Shown: positions 53,850 to 64,000 of the stretch, in pieces
Layout: every line of letters starts with the position of its first letter
Position numbering within the stretch: position 1 is the first letter of the stretch
Assembly (NCBI GenBank): GCA_964016885.1
Contig: OZ024740.1
Location: forward strand, 138,260,001 to 138,324,000
Direction: 5' to 3'
Origin: Eledone cirrhosa
Taxonomy: Eukaryota
DNA: 64,000 bases
Program-made: the position numbers and the translations under genes
Notes under the pieces: model-generated
Seen by the model: the letters and a program-made list of their open reading frames with translations, nothing else
Databases searched by the model: none
Told to the model about the DNA's origin: nothing

Positions 53850-56800
53850 TTTTCTCTCAATCTCCAATTCTCTCTTTCTCTGATCACTTTTCTCTCAATC
53901 TCCAATTCTCTCTTTCTCTTATCACTTTTCTCTCAATCTCCAATTTTCTCTTTCTCTTATCACATTTCTCTCAATCTCCACTTCTCTCTTTCTCTTATCA
54001 CTTTTCTCTCAACCTCCCATTCTTTCTTTCTCTTATGACTTTTCTCTCAATCACCAATTCTCTCTGTCTCTTATCATTTTTCTCTCAATCACCAATTCTC
54101 TCTGTCTCTTATCACTTTTCTCTCAATCTCCAAATCTCTCTTTCTCTTATCACTTTTCTCTCAATCTCCAATTCTCTCTTACTCTTATCACTTTTCTCTC
54201 AATCTCCAATTCTCTCTTTCTCTCTTCACTTTTCTCTCAATCTCCAATTCTCTCTTTCTCTTATCACTTTTCTCTCAATCTCCAATTCTCTATTTCTCTT
54301 ATCACTTTTCTCTCAATCTCCAATTCTCTCTTTCTCTTATCACTTTTCTCTCAATCTCCAATTCTCTCTTTCTCTTATCACTTTTCTCTCAATCTCCAAT
54401 TCTCTCTTTCTCTTGTCACTTTTCTCTCAATCTCCAATTCTCTCTTTCTCTTATCACTTTTCTCTCAATCTCCAATTCTCTCTTTCTCTTATCACTTTTC
54501 TCTCAATCTCCAATTCTCTCTTTCTCTTATCACTTTTCTCTCCATCTCCAATTCTCTCTTTCTCTTATCACTTTTCTCTCAATCTCCAATTCTCCCTTGC
54601 TCTTATCACTTTCCTCTCACTCTCCAATTCTCATTTTTTCTTATCACTTTTCTCTCAATCTCTAATTCTATCTGTTTCTTATCACTTTTCTCTCAATCTC
54701 ATATTCTCTCTTTCTCTTATTACTTTTCTCTCAATCTCCAATTCTCTCTTTCTCATATCACTTTTCTCTCAATCTCCAATTTTCTCTTTCTCTTATCACA
54801 TTTCTCTCAATCTCCACTTCTCTCTTTCTCTTATCACTTTTCTCTCAACCTCCCATTCTCTCTTTCTCTTATGACTTTTCTCTCAATCACCAATTCTCTC
54901 TGTCTCATATCACTTTTCTCTCAATCTCCAAATCTCTCTTTCTCTTATCACTTTTCCCTCAATCTCCAATTCTCTCTTTCTCTTATCACTTTTCTCTCAA
55001 TCACCAATTCTCTCTGTCTCTTATCACTTTTCTCTCAATCTCCAATTCTCTCTTTCTCTTATCACTTTTCTCTCAATCTCCAATTCTCTCTTTCTCTTAT
55101 CACTTTTCTCTCAATCTCCAATTCTCTCTTTAACTTATCACTTTTCTCTCAATCTCCAATTCTCTCTTTCTCTGATCACTTTTCTCTCAATCTCCAATTC
55201 TCTCTTTCTCTTATCACTTTTCTCTCAATCTCCAATTCTCTCTTTCTCTTATCACTTTTCTCTCAATCTCCAATTCTCTCTTTCTCTTATCACTTTTCTC
55301 TCAATCTCCAATTCTCTCTTTCTCTTATCACTTTTCTCTCAATCTCCAATTCTCTCTTTCTCTTATCACTTTTCTCTCAATCTCCAATTCTCTCTTTCTA
55401 ATATCAGTTTTCTCTCAATCTCCAATTCTCCCTTTCTCTTATCACTTTTCTCTCAATCTCCAATTCTCTCTTTTTCTTATCACTTTTCTCTCAATCTCTA
55501 ATTATCTCTGTTTCTTATCACTTTTCTCTCAATCTCCAATTCTCTCTTTCTCTTATCACTTTTCTCTCAATATCCAATTCTCTCTTTCTCTTATCACTTT
55601 TCTCTCAATCTCCAATTCTCTCTTTCTCTTAACACTTTTCTCCCAATCTCCAATTCTCTCTGTTTCTTATCACTTTTCTCTCAATCTCCAATTCTCTCTT
55701 TCTCTTATCACTTTTCTCTCAATCTCCAATTCTCTCTTTCTCTTATCACTTTTCTCTCAATCTCCAATTCTCTCTTTCTCTTATCACTTTTCTCTCAATC
55801 TCCAATTCTCTCTTTCTCTTATCACTTTTCTCTCAATCTCCAATTCTCTCTTTCTCTTATCACTTTTCTCTCAATCTCCAATTCTCTCTTACTCTTATCA
55901 CTTTTCTCTCAATCTCCAATTCTCTCTTTCTCTCATCACTTTTCTCTCAATCTCCAATTCTCTTTTTCTCTTATCACTTTTCTCTCAATCTCCAATTCTC
56001 TCTTTCTCTTATCACTTTTCTCTCAATCTCCAATTCTCTTTTTCTCTTATCACTTTTCTCTCAATCTCCAATTCTCTCTTTCTCTTATCACTTTTCTCTC
56101 AATCTCCAATTCTCTCTTTCTCTTATCACTTTTCTCTCAATCTCCAATTCTCTCTTTCTCTTATCACTTTTCTCTCAATCTCCAATTCTCTCTTTCTCTG
56201 ATCACTTTTCTCTCAATCTCCAATTCTCTCTTTCTCTTATCACTTTTCGCTCGATCTCCAATTCTCTCTTTCTCTTATCACTTTTCCCCCAATCTCCAAT
56301 TCTCTCTTTCTCTTATCACTTTTCTCTCAATCTCCAATTCTCTCTTTCTCTTATCACTTTTCTCTCAATCTCCAATTCTCTCTTTCTCTTATCACTTTTC
56401 TCTCAATCTCCAATTCTCTCTTTCTCTTATCACTTTTCTCTCAATCTCCAATTCTCTCTTTCTCTTATCACTTTTCTCTCAATCTCCAATTCTCTCTTTC
56501 TCTTATCACTTTTCTCTCCATCTCCAATTCTCTCTTTCTCTTATCACTTTTCTCTCAATCTCCAATTCTCCCTTTCTCTTATCACTTTCCTCTCACTCTC
56601 CAATTCTCATTTTTTCTTATCACTTTTCTCTCAATCTCTAATTCTATCTGTTTCTTATCACTTTTCTCTCAATCTCATATTCTCTCTTTCTCTTATTACT
56701 TTTTTCTCAATCTCCAATTCTCTCTTTCTCATATCACTTTTCTCTCAATCTCCAATTTTCTCTTTCTCTTATCACATTTCTCTCAATCTCCACTTCTCTC

Positions 56801-59800
56801 TTTCTCTTATCACTTTTCTCTCAACCTCCCATTCTCTCTTTCTCTTATGACTTTTCTCTCAATCACCAATTCTCTCTGTCTCATATCACTTTTCTCTCAA
56901 TCTCCAAATCTCTCTTTCTCTTATCACTTTTCTCTCAATCTCCAATTCTCTCTTTCTCTTATCACTTTTCCCTCAATCTCCAATTCTCTCTTCCTCTTAT
57001 CACTTTTCTCTCAATCACCAATTCTCTCTGTCTCTTATCACTTTTCTCTCAATCTCCAATTCTCTCTTTCTCTTATCACTTTTCTCTCAATCTCCAATTC
57101 TCTCTTACTCTTATCACTTTTCTCTCAATCTCCAATTCTCTCTTTCTCTCATCACTTTTCTCTCAATCTCCAATTCTTTCTTTCTCTTATCACTTTTCTC
57201 TCAATCTCCAATTCTCTCTTTCTCTGATCACTTTTCTCTCAATCTCCAATTCTCTCTTTCTCTTATCATTTTTCTCTCAATCTCACATTCTCTCTTTCTC
57301 TTATCACTTTTCTCTCAATCTCCAATTCTCTCTTTCTCTTATCACTTTTCTCTCAATCTCCAATTCTCTCTTTCTCTTATCACTTTTCTCTCAATCTCCA
57401 ATTCTCTCTTTCTCTGATCACTTTTCTCTCAATCTCCAATTCTCTCTTTCTCTTATCACTTTTCTCTCAATCTCCAATTCTCTCTTTCTCTTATCACCTT
57501 TCTCTCAATCTCCAATTCTCTCTCTCTCTTATCACTTTTCTCTCAATCTCCAATTCTCTCTTTCTCTTATCACTTTTCTCTCAATCTCCAATTCTCTCTT
57601 TCTCTTATCACTTTTCTCTCAATCTCCAATTCTCTCTTTAACTTATCACTTTTCTCTCAATCTCCAATTCTCTCTTTCTCTGATCACTTTTCTCTCAATC
57701 TCCAATTCTCTCTTTCTCTTATCACTTTTCTCTCAATCTCCAATTCTCTCTTTCTCTTATCACTTTTCTCTCAATCTCCAATTCTCTCTTTCTCTTATCA
57801 CTTTTCTCTCAATCTCCAATTCTCTCTTTCTCTTATCACTTTTCTCTCAATCTCCAATTCTCTCTTTCTCTTATCACTTTTCTCTCAATCTCCAATTCTC
57901 TCTTTCTAATATCAGTTTTCTCTCAATCTCCAATTCTCCCTTTCTCTTATCACTTTTCTCTCAATCTCCAATTCTCTCTTTTTCTTATCACTTTTCTCTC
58001 AATCTCTAATTATCTCTGTTTCTTATCACTTTTCTCTCAATCTCCAATTCTCTCTTTCTCTTATCACTTTTCTCTCAATATCCAATTCTCTCTTTCTCTT
58101 ATCACTTTTCTCTCAATCTCCAATTCTCTCTTTCTCTTAACACTTTTCTCCCAATCTCCAATTCTCTCTGTTTCTTATCACTTTTCTCTCAATCTCCAAT
58201 TCTCTCTTTCTCTTATCACTTTTCTCTCAATCTCCAATTCTCTCTTTCTCTTATCACTTTTCTCTCAATCTCCAATTCTCTCTTTCTCTTATCACTTTTC
58301 TCTCAATCTCCAATTCTCTCTTTCTCTTATCACTTTTCTCTCAATCTCCAATTCTCTCTTTCTCTTATCACTTTTCTCTCAATCTCCAATTCTCTCTTAC
58401 TCTTATCACTTTTCTCTCAATCTCCAATTCTCTCTTTCTCTTATCACTTTTCTCTCAATCTCCAATTCTCTCTTACTCTTATCACTTTTCTCTCAATCTC
58501 CAATTCTCTCTTTCTCTTATCACTTTTCTCTCAATCTCCAATTCTCTTTTTCTCTTATCACTTTTCTCTCAATCTCCAATTCTCTCTTTCTCTTATCACT
58601 TTTCTCTCAATCTCCAATTCTCTTTTTCTCTTATCACTTTTCTCTCAATCTCCAATTCTCTCTTTTTCTTATCACTTTTCTCTCAATCTCCAATTCTCTC
58701 TTTCTCTTATCACTTTTCTCTCAATCTCCAATTCTCTCTTTCTCTTATCACTTTTCTCTCAATCTCCAATTCTCTCTTTCTCTGATCACTTTTCTCTCAA
58801 TCTCCAATTCTCTCTTTCTCTTATCACTTTTCGCTCAATCTCCAATTCTCTCTTTCTCTTATCACTTTTCCCCCAATCTCCAATTCTCTCTTTCCCTTAT
58901 CACTTTTCTCTCAATCTCCAATTCTCTCTTTCTCTTATCACTTTTCTCTCAATCTCCAATTCTCTCTTTCTCTTATCACTTTTCTCTCAATCTCCAATTC
59001 TCTCTTTCTCTTATCACTTTTCTCCCAATCTCCAATTCTCTCTGTTTCTTATCACTTTTCTCTCAATCTCCAATTCTCTCTTTCTCTTATCACTTTTCTC
59101 TCAATATCCAATTCTCTCTTTCTCTTATCACTTTTCTCTCAATCTCCAATACTCTCTTTCTCTTATCACTTTTCTCTCAATCTCCAATTCTCCCTTTCTC
59201 TTATCACTTTTCTCTCACTCTCCAATTCTCTCTTTTTCTTATCACTTTTCTCTCAATCTCTAATTCTATCTGTTTCTTATCACTTTTCTCTCGATCTCAT
59301 ATTCTCTCTTTCTCTTATCACTTTTCTCTCAATCTCCAATTCTCTCTTTCTCTTATCACTTTTCTCTCAATCTCCAATTCTCTCTTTCTCTTATCACTTT
59401 TCTCTCAATCTCCAATTCTCTCTTTCTCTTATCACTTTTCTCTCAATCTCCAATTCTCTCTTTCTCTGATCACTTTTCTCTCAATCTCCAATTCTCTCTT
59501 TCTCTTATCACTTTTCTCTCAATCTCCAATTTTCTCTTTCTCTTATCACATTTCTCTCAATCTCCACTTCTCTCTTTCTCTTATCACTTTTCTCTCAACC
59601 TCCCATTCTCTCTTTCTCTTATGACTTTTCTCTCAATCACCAATTCTCTCTGTCTCTTATCATTTTTCTCTCAATCACCAATTCTCTCTGTCTCTTATCA
59701 CTTTTCTCTCAATCTCCAAATCTCTCTTTCTCTTATCACTTTTCTCTCAATCTCCAATTCTCTCTTACTCTTATCACTTTTCTCTCAATCTCCAATTCTC

Positions 59801-62800
59801 TCTTTCTCTCTTCACTTTTCTCTCAATCTCCAATTCTCTCTTTCTCTTATCACTTTTCTCTCAATCTCCAATTCTCTATTTCTCTTATCACTTTTCTCTC
59901 AATCTCCAATTCTCTCTTTCTCTTATCACTTTTCTCTCAATCTCCAATTCTCTCTTTCTCTTATCACTTTTCTCTCAATCTCCAATTCTCTCTTTCTCTT
60001 GTCACTTTTCTCTCAATCTCCAATTCTCTCTTTCTCTTATCACTTTTCTCTCAATCTCCAATTCTCTCTTTCTCTTATCACTTTTCTCTCAATCTCCAAT
60101 TCTCTCTTTCTCTTATCACTTTTCTCTCCATCTCCAATTCTCTCTTTCTCTTATCACTTTTCTCTCAATCTCCAATTCTCCCTTGCTCTTATCACTTTCC
60201 TCTCACTCTCCAATTCTCATTTTTTCTTATCACTTTTCTCTCAATCTCTAATTCTATCTGTTTCTTATCACTTTTCTCTCAATCTCATATTCTCTCTTTC
60301 TCTTATTACTTTTCTCTCAATCTCCAATTCTCTCTTTCTCATATCACTTTTCTCTCAATCTCCAATTTTCTCTTTCTCTTATCACATTTCTCTCAATCTC
60401 CACTTCTCTCTTTCTCTTATCACTTTTCTCTCAACCTCCCATTCTCTCTTTCTCTTATGACTTTTCTCTCAATCACCAATTCTCTCTGTCTCATATCACT
60501 TTTCTCTCAATCTCCAAATCTCTCTTTCTCTTATCACTTTTCCCTCAATCTCCAATTCTCTCTTTCTCTTATCACTTTTCTCTCAATCACCAATTCTCTC
60601 TGTCTCTTATCACTTTTCTCTCAATCTCCAATTCTCTCTTTCTCTTATCACTTTTCTCTCAATCTCCAATTCTCTCTTTCTCTTATCACTTTTCTCTCAA
60701 TCTCCAATTCTCTCTTTAACTTATCACTTTTCTCTCAATCTCCAATTCTCTCTTTCTCTGATCACTTTTCTCTCAATCTCCAATTCTCTCTTTCTCTTAT
60801 CACTTTTCTCTCAATCTCCAATTCTCTCTTTCTCTTATCACTTTTCTCTCAATCTCCAATTCGCTCTTTCTCTTATCACTTTTCTCTCAATCTCCAATTC
60901 TCTCTTTCTCTTATCACTTTTCTCTCAATCTCCAATTCTCTCTTTCTCTTATCACTTTTCTCTCAATCTCCAATTCTCTCTTTCTAATATCAGTTTTCTC
61001 TCAATCTCCAATTCTCCCTTTCTCTTATCACTTTTCTCTCAATCTCCAATTCTCTCTTTTTCTTATCACTTTTCTCTCAATCTCTAATTATCTCTGTTTC
61101 TTATCACTTTTCTCTCAATCTCCAATTCTCTCTTTCTCTTATCACTTTTCTCTCAATATCCAATTCTCTCTTTCTCTTATCACTTTTCTCTCAACCTCCA
61201 ATTCTCTCTTTCTCTTAACACTTTTCTCCCAATCTCCAATTCTCTCTGTTTCTTATCACTTTTCTCTCAATCTCCAATTCTCTCTTTCTCTTATCACTTT
61301 TCTCTCAATCTCCAATTCTCTCTTTCTCTTATCACTTTTCTCTCAATCTCCAATTCTCTCTTTCTCTTATCACTTTTCTCTCAATCTCCAATTCTCTCTT
61401 TCTCTTATCACTTTTCTCTCAATCTCCAATTCTCTCTTTCTCTTATCACTTTTCTCTCAATCTCCAATTCTCTCTTACTCTTATCACTTTTCTCTCAATC
61501 TCCAATTCTCTCTTTCTCTCATCACTTTTCTCTCAATCTCCAATTCTCTTTTTCTCTTATCACTTTTCTCTCAATCTCCAATTCTCTCTTTCTCTTATCA
61601 CTTTTCTCTCAATCTCCAATTCTCTTTTTCTCTTATCACTTTTCTCTCAATCTCCAATTCTCTCTTTCTCTTATCACTTTTCTCTCAATCTCCAATTCTC
61701 TCTTTCTCTTATCACTTTTCTCTCAATCTCCAATTCTCTCTTTCTCTTATCACTTTTCTCTCAATCTCCAATTCTCTCTTTCTCTGATCACTTTTCTCTC
61801 AATCTCCAATTCTCTCTTTCTCTTATCACTTTTCGCTCGATCTCCAATTCTCTCTTTCTCTTATCACTTTTCCCCCAATCTCCAATTCTCTCTTTCTCTT
61901 ATCACTTTTCTCTCAATCTCCAATTCTCTCTTTCTCTTATCACTTTTCTCTCAATCTCCAATTCTCTCTTTCTCTTATCACTTTTCTCTCAATCTCCAAT
62001 TCTCTCTTTCTCTTATCACTTTTCTCCCAATCTCCAATTCTCTCTGTTTCTTATCACTTTTCTCTCAATCTCCAATTCTCTCTTTCTCTTATCACTTTTC
62101 TCTCAATATCCAATTCTCTCTTTCTCTTATGACTTTTCTCTCAATCACCAATTCTCTCTGTCTCTTATCATTTTTCTCTCAATCACCAATTCTCTCTGTC
62201 TCTTATCACTTTTCTCTCAATCTCCAAATCTCTCTTTCTCTTATCACTTTTCTCTCAATCTCCAATTCTCTCTTACTCTTATCACTTTTCTCTCAATCTC
62301 CAATTCTCTCTTTCTCTCTTCACTTTTCTCTCAATCTCCAATTCTCTCTTTCTCTTATCACTTTTCTCTCAATCTCCAATTCTCTATTTCTCTCATCACT
62401 TTTCTCTCAATCTCCAATTCTCTCTTTCTCTTATCACTTTTCTCTCAATCTCCAATTCTCTCTTTCTCTTATCACTTTTCTCTCAATCTCCAATTCTCTC
62501 TTTCTCTTGTCACTTTTCTCTCAATCTCCAATTCTCTCTTTCTCTTATCACTTTTCTCTCAATCTCCAATTCTCTCTTTCTCTTATCACTTTTCTCTCAA
62601 TCTCCAATTCTCTCTTTCTCTTATCACTTTTCTCTCCATCTCCAATTCTCTCTTTCTCTTATCACTTTTCTCTCAATCTCCAATTCTCCCTTTCTCTTAT
62701 CACTTTCCTCTCACTCTCCAATTCTCATTTTTTCTTATCACTTTTCTCTCAATCTCTAATTCTATCTGTTTCTTATCACTTTTCTCTCAATCTCATATTC

Positions 62801-64000
62801 TCTCTTTCTCTTATTACTTTTTTCTCAATCTCCAATTCTCTCTTTCTCATATCACTTTTCTCTCAATCTCCAATTTTCTCTTTCTCTTATCACATTTCTC
62901 TCAATCTCCACTTCTCTCTTTCTCTTATCACTTTTCTCTCAACCTCCCATTCTCTCTTTCTCTTATGACTTTTCTCTCAATCACCAATTCTCTCTGTCTC
63001 ATATCACTTTTATCTCAATCTCCAAATCTCTCTTTCTCTTATCACTTTTCTCTCAATCTCCAATTCTCTCTTTCTCTTATCACTTTTCCCTCAATCTCCA
63101 ATTCTCTCTTCCTCTTATCACTTTTCTCTCAATCACCAATTCTCTATGTCTCTTATCACTTTTCTCTCAATCTCCAATTCTCTCTTTCTCTTATCACTTT
63201 TCTCTCAATCTCCAATTCTCTCTTACTCTTATCACTTTTCTCTCAATCTCCAATTCTCTCTTTCTCTCATCACTTTTCTCTCAATCTCCAATTCTTTCTT
63301 TCTCTTATCACTTTTCTCTCAATCTCCAATTCTCTCTTTCTCTGATCACTTTTCTCTCAATCTCCAATTCTCTCTTTCTCTTATCATTTTTCTCTCAATC
63401 TCACATTCTCTCTTTCTCTTATCACTTTTCTCTCAATCTCCAATTCTCTCTTTCTCTTATCACTTTTCTCTCAATCTCCAATTCTCTCTTTCTCTTATCA
63501 CTTTTCTCTCAATCTCCAATTCTCTCTTTCTCTGATCACTTTTCTCTCAATCTCCAATTCTCTCTTTCTCTTATCACTTTTCTCTCAATCTCCAATTCTC
63601 TCTTTCTCTTATCACCTTTCTCTCAATCTCCAATTCTCTCTCTCTCTTATCACTTTTCTCTCAATCTCCAATTCTCTCTTTCTCTTATCACTTTTCTCTC
63701 AATCTCCAATTCTCTCTTTCTCTTATCACTTTTCTCTCAATCTCCAATTCTCTCTTTAACTTATCACTTTTCTCTCAATATCCAATTCTCTCTTTCTCTT
63801 ATCACTTTTCTCTCAATCTCCAATTCTCTCTTTCTCTTATCACTTTTCTCTCAATCTCCAATTCTCTCTTTCTCTTATCACTTTTCTCTCAATCTCCAAT
63901 TCTCTCTTTCTCTTATCACTTTTCTCTCAATCTCCAATTCTCTCTTTCTCTTATCACTTTTCTCTCAATCTCCAATTCTCTCTTTCTAATATCAGTTTTC
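53850..64000 (+). repeat. Right-hand higher-order domain with variable 66-81-monomer units and a 5,586-bp (147-monomer) duplication offset
   Basis: Marker taacttatc at 55131, 57639, 60717 and 63757 (2,508, 3,078, 3,040). Marker ctaatatcagtttt at 55398, 57906, 60984 and 63986. ORF pairs 54035/59621 and 54871/60457 are offset by 5,586. Confidence 0.85.

Larger units (their letters stand above)
1..64000 (+). repeat. 38-bp tandem satellite array (~1,680 monomers, single orientation, truncated at both window ends)
   Basis: Consensus CTCTCAATCTCCAATTCTCTCTTTCTCTTATCACTTTT recurs continuously. Monomer starts fall at 31+38n (e.g. 30621, n=805; 33281, n=875). No non-satellite insertion or inversion seen. 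64000/38 is about 1,684. Confidence 0.99.

Noticed and set aside
361-63535. All + strand ORFs (up to 1,279 aa) encoding S/L/F-rich repeats such as LSISNSLFLLSLFSQSPILSFSYHFSLNLQFSLSLITF, superficially membrane-protein-like
   Set aside because: The G-free monomer has no stop codon in any + frame. Because 38 is not divisible by 3, the same 38-aa peptide appears in all three overlapping frames. Starts and stops come only from sporadic point variants, and there is no unique domain or codon-position structure.
1-64000. Minus-strand charged (K/R/E-rich) coiled-coil-like translation, KSDKRKRELEIERKVIRERENWRLREK
   Set aside because: Every third monomer puts TGA TAA and another TGA in frame, so all frames close within about 114 bp. 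Both TGA and TAA would need to be reassigned, and nothing supports that.
1-64000. CRISPR array (38 bp is within the direct-repeat size range)
   Set aside because: Repeats are directly adjacent with no unique spacers, no palindromic repeat structure, no leader and no cas genes.
1-64000. Telomeric repeat array
   Set aside because: No G-run-containing telomerase-type motif. The unit is longer than typical telomere repeats, and the multi-kb higher-order variant structure indicates recombinational rather than templated synthesis. A subtelomeric location cannot be excluded.
1-64000. Functional promoters from CCAAT/GATA/GAGA motifs
   Set aside because: No adjacent gene or unique sequence. The motifs are recorded only as a binding hypothesis, not annotated as regulatory features.
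1-64000. Embedded transposon, inversion or unique island
   Set aside because: On reading through, every segment aligns to the 38-bp consensus in the same orientation. No purine-rich + strand stretch, terminal repeat or target-site duplication was seen.

Overview
The whole 64 kb window is one uninterrupted, head-to-tail tandem satellite array. The monomer is 38 bp (consensus + strand CTCTCAATCTCCAATTCTCTCTTTCTCTTATCACTTTT; 19 T, 13 C, 6 A, 0 G), with about 1,680 copies, all in one orientation, and the array runs off both ends. I see no protein-coding gene, RNA gene, transposon insertion or CRISPR array. All supplied ORFs are by-products of a stop-free 38-bp unit, which gives the same 38-aa periodic peptide in all three + frames. 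The information lies in the variant monomers. They reveal nested higher-order repeats whose spacings are almost all exact multiples of 38 (25-, 76-, 143-, 147-mers and others), an ordered variant run shared across the window, a compensated -1/+1 indel cassette that keeps the register exact for 33 kb, and regional domains with different private variants. This looks like eukaryotic heterochromatic or (peri)centromeric satellite DNA, but species and function cannot be determined from the sequence. I found no evidence of a novel gene-encoded system. Offsets were counted by eye from diagnostic markers, so block boundaries are approximate to about one monomer.
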